From positions 1 through 48,395 of the forward strand of contig DAIPYL010000006.1 of the NCBI GenBank assembly GCA_036782755.1: DNA of 48,395 bases, written 5' to 3'. Below the pieces are notes generated by a model, which had not been told where the DNA came from, did not search any database, and saw only the letters and a list, made by a program, of their open reading frames with translations. Source of the DNA: Jeotgalicoccus sp. GTDB taxonomy: Bacteria > Bacillota > Bacilli > Staphylococcales > Salinicoccaceae. The position numbers and the translations under genes were made by a program. Within the stretch, counting starts at the first letter, position 1, and every line of letters begins with the position of its first letter. Shown here one piece after another: positions 37,728 through 47,264 of this stretch.

Positions 37728-38775
37728 ATTCAATTCTTCCTTAACTGATAAAGAACAAGTAAAAGAAGTTAAAAATTCTGCAAAACCTGTCCGCGGAACG
37801 GTTATCATCTCAGGCGGGATAATTTTTCTGCTGTGTGCGTTTTCAGTATCTATTTCACTTGGTGCAGCAGATATAAACTTATCAACAATATGGAATGCTT
37901 TGTTTAACTTTGACGGGTCTGTCACACAGCACCAGATAATATGGGAACTCCGATTCCCGCGTATTATCGGTGCAGCAATCGTTGGAGCGGCATTCAGTGT
38001 TGCAGGTGCATTAATGCAAGGGATGACACGAAATCCTCTTGCCGATTCCGGACTCCTGGGATTGAATGCGGGCGCAGTGATGATGCTCGCAATCAGTTTC
38101 AGTTTTTTTCCGGGACTGCCGTATGTCTATGTTGTACTGATGTCGTTTTTTGGCGCTGCACTTGGTGCAGGTATAGTTTACGGCATTGGTTCGATGAGCA
38201 GAAATGGTTTAACACCGCTTCGCTTAGTCCTGGCAGGGGCAGCTGTTACAGCATTACTTACTGCATTGAGTGAAGGTATCGCTCTGTACTTTAACGTCGG
38301 ACAGGATATGGCATTCTGGTATGCCGGAGGCGTATCCAGCACCCGTTGGAGTCATCTCGCGATAATAACGCCTATCGTTATTGTCATGTTATTTATAGCG
38401 ATGCGTATTTCAAAATCTATTACTATTTTAAGTCTCGGGGAAGAAGTCGCCGTTAGTCTCGGGGAACGCACAGTCAGAACAAAACTGATCAGCGCAGGCG
38501 TTATAGTCGTGCTTGCCGGTCTTGCAGTTTCAGTAGTCGGTGCAGTCAGTTTTGTCGGCTTAATTGTCCCGCACTTGACCCGCAGGCTCGTCGGTTATGA
38601 CTACCGCTGGATAATACCCGTCAGCGCCGTTGTCGGTGCAATTCTCGTTGTTGTTGCAGATTTATTCGCACGTACGCTGAATGCTCCTTTTGAAATACCA
38701 ATCGGTGCACTCATTTCTTTAATCGGTGTACCATTCTTCTTATACCTTGCTCGTAAAGGAGGTAAGGCAATATGA
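37720..38775 (+). CDS. fhuB: Iron-siderophore ABC permease
   Basis: LRFPR, MQGMTRNPLAD.G.LG.NAGA, FVGLIVPH. Confidence 0.85.
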   Translation: MSKFNSSLTDKEQVKEVKNSAKPVRGTVIISGGIIFLLCAFSVSISLGAADINLSTIWNALFNFDGSVTQHQIIWELRFPRIIGAAIVGAAFSVAGALMQGMTRNPLADSGLLGLNAGAVMMLAISFSFFPGLPYVYVVLMSFFGAALGAGIVYGIGSMSRNGLTPLRLVLAGAAVTALLTALSEGIALYFNVGQDMAFWYAGGVSSTRWSHLAIITPIVIVMLFIAMRISKSITILSLGEEVAVSLGERTVRTKLISAGVIVVLAGLAVSVVGAVSFVGLIVPHLTRRLVGYDYRWIIPVSAVVGAILVVVADLFARTLNAPFEIPIGALISLIGVPFFLYLARKGGKAI

Positions 38776-39803
38776 ATCAGTATAAACCCGCTGGTCTCAT
38801 AAAAAAGCAGCGCCGTGCTGCAGTGGTTGCCAGTATTTTTATACTTCTTTTACTTGTTTTATTTCTCGTCAGTTTAAATACAGGTGTTATACGCATCGAC
38901 CCGGTCACTGTAATAAAAACAATATTCGGCAGCGGCGAACCGCGTGATGAATTGCTGCTGTTTGAGTTCCGTCTGCCGAGAATTACCATTGCCGTACTCA
39001 TCGGTATGGGACTCGCCGTATCCGGAGCCGTGCTTCAGGGGATAGTGAAAAACCCTCTGGCAGATCCCGGAATTATAGGAATCAATGCCGGGGCAGGGCT
39101 TGCAGTGATGCTGTTTGTATCATATTTCTCAACTGAACTTGGAAACTCGGTATTTATTATGCCGTTTCTTGCGTTCATCGGTGCAGGCGCGGCGGCTGTT
39201 GTTATATATGCTTTCTCCTATAAAAAAGATGAAGGCGTATCGCCTATCCGATTAATACTTGTCGGTGTTGCAGTTGCTGCAGGTATTAGTGCATTGATGA
39301 TTGTTCTGACCTTAAAACTCGACCCGAGAACATATGATTTCGTTGCCACCTGGCTTGCAGGGAGCATTTGGGGTTCAAACTGGAACTTCGTATTGGCCCT
39401 TCTGCCGTGGCTTGTGATTTTAATTCCATTTGTCTATATGAAGTCACGAGTGTTAGACGTTTTAAACCTCGGCGATCATACTGCTGTCAGTCTAGGCATG
39501 AATCTCGAAAAGGAACGCCGAATTCTGCTTGCTGCAGCTGTCGGTCTCGCTGCAGCGAGTGTTTCGGTCAGCGGCGGTATCGGCTTTGTCGGGTTAATTG
39601 CTCCGCATATGACCAGAAGGCTCGTCGGCAATAAACATAAGTACGTCATTCCGATATGTGCGCTTATCGGTGCAGTGCTCGTATTAACCGCTGATACACT
39701 GGGCCGTGTCATACTTCAGCCTGCTGAAATTCCGACAGGTGTTGTTGTCGCGATTATAGGTGCACCTTACTTCCTGTACCTTTTAGCAAAATTAAATGAT
39801 TAA
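38772..39803 (+). CDS. fhuG: Iron-siderophore ABC permease
   Basis: FRLPR, NPLADPGIIGINAGA, W..GS.W..NW, FVGLIAPH. Confidence 0.85.
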   Translation: MNQYKPAGLIKKQRRAAVVASIFILLLLVLFLVSLNTGVIRIDPVTVIKTIFGSGEPRDELLLFEFRLPRITIAVLIGMGLAVSGAVLQGIVKNPLADPGIIGINAGAGLAVMLFVSYFSTELGNSVFIMPFLAFIGAGAAAVVIYAFSYKKDEGVSPIRLILVGVAVAAGISALMIVLTLKLDPRTYDFVATWLAGSIWGSNWNFVLALLPWLVILIPFVYMKSRVLDVLNLGDHTAVSLGMNLEKERRILLAAAVGLAAASVSVSGGIGFVGLIAPHMTRRLVGNKHKYVIPICALIGAVLVLTADTLGRVILQPAEIPTGVVVAIIGAPYFLYLLAKLND

Positions 39804-39811
39804 ACCAGTAA

Positions 39812-39845
39812 TTATAATCCGGCTGTAAAGCAGCCGGATTATATA
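39812..39845 (+). terminator. Stem-loop between fhuG and fhuD
   Basis: TATAATCCGGCTG-TAAAG-CAGCCGGATTATA; no good U-tract. Confidence 0.45.
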
Positions 39846-39855
39846 ATAAACAGCC

Positions 39856-39874
39856 ATTGAGAATTCATCTCAAT
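39856..39874. promoter_or_regulatory. Second Fur-like box before fhuD
   Basis: ATTGAGAATTCATCTCAAT. Confidence 0.6.
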
Positions 39875-39896
39875 TAGCTGAAAAAGGAGAAATATT

Positions 39897-40802
39897 ATGA
39901 AGAAATTTTTAAGTTTTACACTTGCGCTGGCTCTGTCAGTAATACTCGGGGCATGCAGTTCAGAAGAACCTGCCGGTGAAGAATCATCAAAGGAAGAAAC
40001 TATTACATATGAATCTGAATTCGGTCCTGTAGAAGTTCCGGAAAACCCGGAACGCATTGTTGCTTTAGCCTACGCCCCAAACCTTCATGCCCTCGATATT
40101 GAAATGTCAGGTGTTGATCAGTGGTCTAAAAATAATCCACTGTTCGAAGAAGACCTGGAAGGTGTTGCCGAGGTGACTGAAGCTGAACCAGAGAGTATCT
40201 TAGCTGAAAATCCTGATTTAATTATTGCAGGAGCCAACATGGAAAATCTGGAAGAGCTTGAGAAAATCGCACCAACCGTGACTTATACTTGGGGAAAATT
40301 AAATTATCTCGAACAGCAAATTGAGATAGGTAAACTCGTTGGTAAAGAAGATGAAACCCGTGCATGGGCAGAAGACTTTGAGAAACGTGCTGCAGATATC
40401 GGCAGTAAGATTAAAGAGAAGCACGGTGAAGATACTACCGTTACAGTGATTGAGACTGATGGCAAAGGATTTTATTTATTTGGCGAAGCATGGGGAAGAG
40501 GAACTGAAATTTTGTACCAGGCAATGGATTTAAAGATGCCTGAAAATGTACAGAAAGCTGTCTCATCTGATGGATATTATGAAATTTCACAAGAAGTCTT
40601 GGCAGAATATGCGGGTGACTACATTGTATTAAGCCGCGGTGAAGAGACGGACATGTCATTTACTGACAGTGAAGTATGGCAGTCGATACCCGCTGTACAA
40701 AATGACAATGTTATTGAAATTGATACTGCAGCATCCAGCTACAGCGATCCAACAACATTGGAATACCTGCTTGAAATATACAGCAAAGGTTTAATGGAAT
40801 AA
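39897..40802 (+). CDS. fhuD: Iron-hydroxamate-binding lipoprotein
   Basis: Lipobox ILGAC, P.RIV, PDLII, KIAPTV, WGRG.E.LY, W..IPAV. Confidence 0.82.
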   Translation: MKKFLSFTLALALSVILGACSSEEPAGEESSKEETITYESEFGPVEVPENPERIVALAYAPNLHALDIEMSGVDQWSKNNPLFEEDLEGVAEVTEAEPESILAENPDLIIAGANMENLEELEKIAPTVTYTWGKLNYLEQQIEIGKLVGKEDETRAWAEDFEKRAADIGSKIKEKHGEDTTVTVIETDGKGFYLFGEAWGRGTEILYQAMDLKMPENVQKAVSSDGYYEISQEVLAEYAGDYIVLSRGEETDMSFTDSEVWQSIPAVQNDNVIEIDTAASSYSDPTTLEYLLEIYSKGLME

Positions 40803-40864
40803 AAAATAATACGGTCCGGATTTCCTCATTTAAAGGTTCCGGACCGTTTTTTCTAGTTTTAAAC

Positions 40865-41215
40865 TTAATCTATTTTCTTCACAAATTCAGACTTCAGATT
40901 CATCTGGCCGATACCCGGTATTTTACAATCAATGTCATGACCATCTTCCGGATCAACAAGTCTGATACCTTTAACTTTCGTTCCCTGCTTAATTACATTG
41001 GACGAACCTTTAATTTTTAAATCCTTAATTACCGTCACGGTATCTCCGTCATTTAATACGTTGCCGTTCGAATCTTTAACAAGTGCTGCCAGCGCTTCTT
41101 CTTCAGCTGACTCACGCGTCCATTCATGCGCACACATCGGACAAATTAACAAAGGTCCGTCCTCATAAGTATATTCCGAATTGCAGCTCGGACAATTTGG
41201 TAATGGTGTTGTCAT
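40865..41215 (-). CDS. PhnA/YjdM zinc-ribbon protein
   Basis: CPSC.SEYTYED....[29 protein letters not shown]. Confidence 0.9.
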   Translation of the reverse strand: MTTPLPNCPSCNSEYTYEDGPLLICPMCAHEWTRESAEEEALAALVKDSNGNVLNDGDTVTVIKDLKIKGSSNVIKQGTKVKGIRLVDPEDGHDIDCKIPGIGQMNLKSEFVKKID

Positions 41216-41308
41216 TATAATCCTCCATATCACTGTATTAATTCAAAGATACCACATTTATTTATAAATAGAAGCCGGGGTTCTGATGAACTCCGGCTTC
41301 TTTCTTAA

Positions 41309-41530
41309 TTATGCTTCTTTTACTTTCAGTACTTCATAGCCCAGTTTCTCAACGACATTTTTAAGTTCTGCTGCTGTTACTTTCTCCGGATCGTATTCCG
41401 CTTTCGCTTTGCTCGCATTAAATAGCAGCTTAGCTGATTCTACACCGTCTGTTTTCGTCAGTGCACCTTCTATTTTCTTAATGCATGTAGGACAACTCAA
41501 TGTTTCAAGTTGCATTGTTACTTTATTCAT
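41309..41530 (-). CDS. HMA-domain metal chaperone (CopZ-like)
   Basis: LSCPTC, LFNASK, LGY; 73 aa. Confidence 0.88.
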   Translation of the reverse strand: MNKVTMQLETLSCPTCIKKIEGALTKTDGVESAKLLFNASKAKAEYDPEKVTAAELKNVVEKLGYEVLKVKEA

Positions 41531-41603
41531 AATATATTCCTCCCGGTTTTTTATTTCCTTTTATCTTCTATCTTTATTATATCGGTAATCCGCCGATTAA
41601 AAA

Positions 41604-41617
41604 TTGACCTGTATCAA
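41604..41617. promoter_or_regulatory. FNR/Flp box upstream of the HMA gene
   Basis: Minus strand TTGAT-ACAG-GTCAA, centred about -41.5 relative to TATAAT at 41576-41581. Confidence 0.8.
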
Positions 41618-41619
41618 GA

Positions 41620-43473
41620 TTACGGTTTAAATTTTATTAATCTCATCGCGTTGAGTATAACAATCAGGACACTCGCTTCATGGGCAAACATTCCAATCGC
41701 CAGGTTAACGCCGCCCATCAAAACACCGACAAGAAGTAACGCTACTGTAACGAGTGCAATAATGATGTTCTGCTTCATGTTGCGCATCGTTCCTTTAGAT
41801 AACGACAGTGCGTGTGCATACTGCGACAGTTTATCCGCCATCAGCACTACGTCCGCTGTTTCCATCGAAATATCCGTGCCGCCTTTACCCATCGCAAGTC
41901 CAACATCTGCGGTTGCAATAGCTGGTGCATCGTTAATACCGTCTCCTGCCATAGAGATTATTCTGCCTTCCTCTTTAAGGCGTTTCACGTGCGTTACTTT
42001 ATCTTCCGGCAGCAGTTCCGCATGGACCTCATCAATGCCGAGTTCGGCTGCGACTGCTGCAGCTGTATGACGGTTATCACCTGTCAGCATAACGATGTGT
42101 TTAATGCCGTTGTCACGCATCGTTTCCAGAGCTTCTTTTGCATCATCCCGGATTTTATCGGCAATAGATATTACCGCTGCAAGCTTCGAATCTATCGCTG
42201 CAAATACTGCAGTGTTTCCTTTCTTTTCCCGTTCAAGTGCATAAGCCTCAATATTGTCCGGTATATCAATACCGTTTTCCAATAACATCTTTCTGTTTCC
42301 TGCAATAATTGAATGATTATTTATATCTCCTTCGATACCTCGTCCCTTAACTCCGGATGCCTGCTGCATTGTATAAGCTGAAAGATCTGCCGTTTTCTCT
42401 GCATACTCAACTACAGCTCTCCCGAGGTGATGTTCCGATGCAGTTTCAAGCTTCCCTATCAAACCGGTAAGTTCGATCTCGTCTCCTTCAAACACTTTAA
42501 AGTCCGTAACTTCCGGACGACCTTTCGTTAATGTACCTGTTTTATCAAAAACCAGTGTATCGACTTTGGACAGTTTCTCAATAACTTCTCCGCCTTTAAT
42601 AAGCGAGCCGTTTTTTGCACCGTTTCCGATGCCGGCCACGTTTGAAACCGGTGCGCCGATAACCAGAGCTCCCGGACATGCGATAACAAGAAATGTAATT
42701 GCAAGATGAAGGTCTCTCGTAATGAACCAGACGATTACCGACAGTACTAAAACTCCGGGAGTGTAGTACTGTGCAAATCTGTCGAGAAATCGTTCTGCAT
42801 TTGACTTACTGTCCTGAGCTTCTTCAACAAGTTCTATAATTTTAGAAAACGTCGTATCGTCTCCTACTTTTTCCGCTTCCATTTCCAAATATCCGGAATC
42901 CAGAATTGTTCCGCTCAGAACCTGATCACCGTTAATTTTTAATACTGGCACCGATTCCCCGCTGACAGCAGCTTCATTGACCTCTGCTTCACCGCTCAAT
43001 ACTTTACCATCTACAGGAATCATTCCCCCCGGCAGTATCGCTATTCTGCTGCCGACTTCCACATCATCTACATCAATGACTTTCCGGCTGCCGTCTGCAA
43101 GTATTAAATTAGCCTCCTGCGGTGCCATCTCTGTCAGTTCCTTAATTGAAGTACGGGTTCTTTCAAGCGTTCTCGCTTCCAAGTAACTCCCGAACAGGAA
43201 TAAAAATGTAACAATGGATGACTCAACATATTCACCGATAAACAACGCCCCTATAACGGCGATGGTTACCAGCAGTTCAATGCTGAAAAGTTTCATCCGA
43301 ACCGCCTGATATGCCTTAATACCAATTGGCAGCATAGCGATAATTGTGGCTCCGATTAATGCAGCGTTTCCTGCATCAGTATAGCCGGAGAATCTTAATA
43401 TAAGACCCGCTGCTATTAAAATAAATGCAATAAGAGTAATTTTATTTTCCTGTTTAAATATAAACCTAATCAT
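41620..43473 (-). CDS. Heavy-metal P1B-type ATPase without N-terminal metal-binding domain
   Basis: SGES, ACPGAL, DKTGT, SEHH, MLTGD, GDGINDAPA, HEAS. Confidence 0.93.
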   Translation of the reverse strand: MIRFIFKQENKITLIAFILIAAGLILRFSGYTDAGNAALIGATIIAMLPIGIKAYQAVRMKLFSIELLVTIAVIGALFIGEYVESSIVTFLFLFGSYLEARTLERTRTSIKELTEMAPQEANLILADGSRKVIDVDDVEVGSRIAILPGGMIPVDGKVLSGEAEVNEAAVSGESVPVLKINGDQVLSGTILDSGYLEMEAEKVGDDTTFSKIIELVEEAQDSKSNAERFLDRFAQYYTPGVLVLSVIVWFITRDLHLAITFLVIACPGALVIGAPVSNVAGIGNGAKNGSLIKGGEVIEKLSKVDTLVFDKTGTLTKGRPEVTDFKVFEGDEIELTGLIGKLETASEHHLGRAVVEYAEKTADLSAYTMQQASGVKGRGIEGDINNHSIIAGNRKMLLENGIDIPDNIEAYALEREKKGNTAVFAAIDSKLAAVISIADKIRDDAKEALETMRDNGIKHIVMLTGDNRHTAAAVAAELGIDEVHAELLPEDKVTHVKRLKEEGRIISMAGDGINDAPAIATADVGLAMGKGGTDISMETADVVLMADKLSQYAHALSLSKGTMRNMKQNIIIALVTVALLLVGVLMGGVNLAIGMFAHEASVLIVILNAMRLIKFKP

Positions 43474-43553
43474 TGTAGATCTCCTTCCTTCTTAAAAAAT
43501 GTTTTCCGGTGTATCTTCATTTATAATGTTACAGTCTTTCGTCCATATAGAAA

Positions 43554-43567
43554 TTGACCGTGGTCAA
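43554..43567. promoter_or_regulatory. FNR/Flp box upstream of the ATPase
   Basis: TTGAC-CGTG-GTCAA, centred about -41.5 relative to TAACAT at 43526-43531 (minus strand). Confidence 0.8.
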
Positions 43568-43618
43568 GAATACAAAAAAAGTTCCCGGAAACGGGAACTT
43601 TTAAGCTCTTATAATTTA

Positions 43619-44260
43619 CTATAGAATATCGTAGGTCTTATTATTAATTTTCTTAATGATACCCTCATTTTCCAGCTTCTTGAACGTTCTTGTCAGTGTC
43701 TCCGGCTGCATGCTCAGATATGAAGCAAGATTCTTTTTTGTCATAGTTAATATGAGTTTATCGTTCTTTGTATGTGTACGAATGTATTCAATCAATTTTT
43801 CTCTGCTGTTTAACAGTGAAATATTAGTAGTCAGAGATTCTGAATCATTCAGTCTTTCTGCAAAGCTTTCAATGATTTTAATACTGATATCGGGGTATTT
43901 CTGCATCAGTCCGTAAATATCCTCGCGGTTAATGCGGCAGACTTCTGCATCTTCCAGCACTTCAGCATAGGACTTGCTCTCTTCATCGGCACTGAACAAT
44001 GAAAGTTCTCCGGTAAAGTCACTGTGACTCAGCACTCTGATTAACTGTTCCTCGCCATTGTCATTTAAACGGTAGATTCTCACCTTGCCTTTATGTATGA
44101 CAAATAATGAAGAAGACCGGTCACCGGCCATAAAAAGATACTCGCCTTTTTTCATGTTCTGATGATTAATTCTCTGAAACACTTCTTCCAGTTCATCCAT
44201 TTCAAGGTGGCTGAAAATCGGAACTCTGCTGACGCACCGTTCATGTCCCTGTAATTCCAT
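43619..44260 (-). CDS. Crp/Fnr family regulator (Flp-like)
   Basis: CV..VPIF, GE.SLF, Cys9 and Cys108, HTH LASYL...PETLTR. Confidence 0.88.
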   Translation of the reverse strand: MELQGHERCVSRVPIFSHLEMDELEEVFQRINHQNMKKGEYLFMAGDRSSSLFVIHKGKVRIYRLNDNGEEQLIRVLSHSDFTGELSLFSADEESKSYAEVLEDAEVCRINREDIYGLMQKYPDISIKIIESFAERLNDSESLTTNISLLNSREKLIEYIRTHTKNDKLILTMTKKNLASYLSMQPETLTRTFKKLENEGIIKKINNKTYDIL

Positions 44261-44382
44261 GTTACTTCCCCTCCAAAGTGATTAATCTCGTTGCTACGAT
44301 TATATCACGAGCAAATTTATAATATATAAATGTAAAATTCATGTTAAAATTGATGCTGATTACGTGAAGATTGGGGATACTT

Positions 44383-44955
44383 ATGGCAAAACTCTACTAT
44401 CGCTACGGTACAATGCAAAGTAACAAGAGCAACCAGATTATTACAACACATCATCAATATACGACTCAGGGGAAACGCTGCCTGGCTTACACAACACCGA
44501 TTGATTCAAGAAGCGGACATAAAAAAATTAAGTCCAGAGTCGGTCTTGAACTTGACGCTGAATATATAACAGATGATATTTTCGTCAGAGTAAAACAGGA
44601 ACACGATAAAGAAAAAGTATATGCTGTTCTCGTCGATGAAGCACAATTCTTATCGAAGAAAGATATTCATAATTTAAGTGATATTCCGGACCTTCTCGGT
44701 ATTCCTGTAATTGCTTTCGGCTTAAAAACGGATTTCAGAAATGAACTGTTCGAAGGCAGCCGTATTTTACTTGAACTTGCTGATGCTATCGATGAACTGA
44801 AAACAGTTTGCCAGTACTGCAATAAAAAAGCGACGCTTAATATGAGACTCCGTAACGGCGTTCCGATTAACGTTGGAGAATCTATACAGATCGGCGACGA
44901 GGAATACGTTCCCGTATGCCGCAAATGCTATAAAGAACGTCTGGAACTGGTATAG
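44383..44955 (+). CDS. tdk: Thymidine kinase
   Basis: IKSRVG, VDEAQFL, FGLKTDF..ELFEGS, CQYC...CRKC zinc site. Confidence 0.92.
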   Translation: MAKLYYRYGTMQSNKSNQIITTHHQYTTQGKRCLAYTTPIDSRSGHKKIKSRVGLELDAEYITDDIFVRVKQEHDKEKVYAVLVDEAQFLSKKDIHNLSDIPDLLGIPVIAFGLKTDFRNELFEGSRILLELADAIDELKTVCQYCNKKATLNMRLRNGVPINVGESIQIGDEEYVPVCRKCYKERLELV

Positions 44956-45018
44956 TGAAATTATATATGACAACTGACACAGGAATCTTAAGGTTTCTGT
45001 GTTTTTTTAGCACGTAAA

Positions 45019-45034
45019 TGTTTCCCGTGAAACT
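45019..45034. other. Candidate parS site
   Basis: Intergenic TGTTTCCCGTGAAACT; 14/16 match to TGTTTCACGTGAAACA. Confidence 0.5.
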
Positions 45035-45063
45035 AAAACACTTTTCTATCAAGGAGGATATCT

Positions 45064-46257
45064 ATGAAGATTACCAATAATGTTTTTAAAAGCACTTCTT
45101 TTGAAAATCCGCTTTTTAATAACTTCTCTGCAGATGTACTGACTGAAATTTTAAACTTTCACCAAACAGTACCCGGATATAAAGAAACACCCCTTTACAG
45201 TTTAAATGACTTCAGCAGCAGTACCGGCATTGGCAATGTTTATATTAAAGATGAATCACATCGTTTTGGTTTAAATGCATTTAAAGGACTGGGCAGTATT
45301 TATTCTGCTGCAGGGTATTTAAAAGAACGTCACAGCATTGAATTTTCAACTCTCGATGAACTGCTTGCTCAGCTGCAAGATAAAACACCAGAAACTTTTG
45401 TTACTGCAACTGACGGGAATCACGGTAAGGGAATTGCCTGGGCTGCACAGTTGCTTAAGCAGCGGGCACTTGTTTATATGCCTAAAAATACAAGAGAATC
45501 ACGCGTCGAAGCAATTGAAGCATTAGGCGGTGAAGTGACTGTTACCGAGCTGAATTACGATGATACTGTCCGTTATGCAAGCAATATAGCGCATGAAAAT
45601 AACTGGCAGCTTATGCAGGACACTTCATGGGATGGTTATGAGGATATTCCTTTAAAAATAATGCAGGGGTATTCAGCGATTATTTCGGAAATCAGAGTTC
45701 AGCTTAAAGACGACTTTAACGAACTGACACATGTATTTCTGCAGGCAGGTGTCGGCTCATTCGCAGGTGCCATGGCAGCTTCACTAATTCAATCTATGGA
45801 TCATACAAATATTAAAATAGTGATTGTCGAACCGGATAATGCTTCTTGTTTATATAAATCTGCAGAACATACCAGCGGTAAACCGCAGAACGTCGGCGGT
45901 GACCTTCAAACTATAATGGCAGGATTATCTTGCGGAGAACCCAGTACACAGGGCTGGAGTATTTTAAAAGATTCAGCGGAAGCCTTCATACATTGCGGTG
46001 ATGAGATCAGCCAAAAAGGTATGAGAAAACTTGGTTATCCGGCCGGCAAAGATGAGAAAATTATATCCGGAGAATCCGGCAGTGTGACCATTGGAACTTT
46101 ACATGAAATCATGACAAATAATGATTTGAAAAATGTAAAAGAACAGCTTGGATTAAATAAAAAATCACGTGTTCTTCTAATCAATACCGAAGGTGATACA
46201 GATCCGGAAAACTACGAGAGAGTAATGAATGATTGTCATGGCATAAATGAAAAATAA
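45064..46257 (+). CDS. dpaL: Diaminopropionate ammonia-lyase
   Basis: KDES.RFGLNAFK.LG, ATDGNHG, QDTSW.GY, QAGVGS, TIMAGLSCGEP, SGESG, TEGDTDP. Confidence 0.92.
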   Translation: MKITNNVFKSTSFENPLFNNFSADVLTEILNFHQTVPGYKETPLYSLNDFSSSTGIGNVYIKDESHRFGLNAFKGLGSIYSAAGYLKERHSIEFSTLDELLAQLQDKTPETFVTATDGNHGKGIAWAAQLLKQRALVYMPKNTRESRVEAIEALGGEVTVTELNYDDTVRYASNIAHENNWQLMQDTSWDGYEDIPLKIMQGYSAIISEIRVQLKDDFNELTHVFLQAGVGSFAGAMAASLIQSMDHTNIKIVIVEPDNASCLYKSAEHTSGKPQNVGGDLQTIMAGLSCGEPSTQGWSILKDSAEAFIHCGDEISQKGMRKLGYPAGKDEKIISGESGSVTIGTLHEIMTNNDLKNVKEQLGLNKKSRVLLINTEGDTDPENYERVMNDCHGINEK

Positions 46258-46296
46258 CGCTGTGCATCACTGCTCAAATCCCTTAACAACAAAGGA

Positions 46297-46333
46297 AAAA
46301 CAAGGAGTAACGCTATGCGTTACTCCTTGTTTT
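46297..46333. terminator. Bidirectional terminator
   Basis: AAAACAAGGAGTAACGC-TAT-GCGTTACTCCTTGTTTT. Confidence 0.8.
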
Positions 46334-46361
46334 ATAATATTAACACCGCTATTGTAACGCT

Positions 46362-47126
46362 CTATCTTTCAGTTAATGTTACCTCTGGAATATATCTCAA
46401 CTCAACAACATCACCATCTTCAAATGACATCGTAAACTCAGTCATGCCCCCATATTCTGCACTGCCCAGGGTATGTCTCGATTTATTAAAATCGGGGTGT
46501 GCTGTCACTTCCAGTGATCCTGTTTCTTCAGTTTCAGGAAGACTGACATCATATACACCTGCAGGGAAATCTTCACCAACTACCCACTGACCGGAGAAAA
46601 TAGTTTCTACAGGTGCCGTTTCATACGGCGTAAAATTCATACTTTCTATATAATCTATTTCAATTGAATAGCCTTCATCTAAAAAAACAGCAAACTGAGT
46701 TACACGTTCTTCTCTGCCTTCTGTTCCGCCATCAATTGTCTCACCGAGAATTCCTCTATCTTCTGCGTCTGTAACATAAACACTCCCATAACCCGAATCG
46801 GCTGTAACAACGTATCTGCCGGGCTCAATATCTTTACCGACGTCATGCACACCTTCATCAAGTGTAACGGCTTCGCCCTGATTCATTAAATGACTGTAAT
46901 CCAGAGTTTCAATTTCTTCAGTTTCACCAGCAGTATCAGTACTTGTTTCGGTGTCGTTTTCTGTGTCCGTCTCAGTATCGCTATCGGCAGTTTCTTCACT
47001 AGTACTCGTGCTGTCTGAACCCAGCCAGCCGTTAATTTCATCAGCAAGCTGATCAAAAGGGTCACTGCACGCGCTTAAGATAATAGAACTAAAAAATAAT
47101 ACAGATAGTAATTTAATTCTTCTCAT
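46362..47126 (-). CDS. Acidic lipoprotein of unknown function with a duplicated domain
   Basis: Lipobox ILSAC; T/E/D linker; G.(H/W).VG.D...G.Y.V twice. Confidence 0.78.
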   Translation of the reverse strand: MRRIKLLSVLFFSSIILSACSDPFDQLADEINGWLGSDSTSTSEETADSDTETDTENDTETSTDTAGETEEIETLDYSHLMNQGEAVTLDEGVHDVGKDIEPGRYVVTADSGYGSVYVTDAEDRGILGETIDGGTEGREERVTQFAVFLDEGYSIEIDYIESMNFTPYETAPVETIFSGQWVVGEDFPAGVYDVSLPETEETGSLEVTAHPDFNKSRHTLGSAEYGGMTEFTMSFEDGDVVELRYIPEVTLTER

Positions 47127-47264
47127 TCTCACTCACTCCATTCACAATTTCGTAACATTTTCTTAAGTATAAAATTTAAGAGCACGAATAGCAAACTGAT
47201 ATATTTTATAACTAATTACTCCTTTCTTTGTTATAATGTTGGAAATTACACAGGAGGCGGTCTT

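Noticed and set aside
40865..41215. Phosphonate utilisation locus
   Set aside because: PhnA/YjdM is a historical name, and no C-P lyase or phn transport genes are present.
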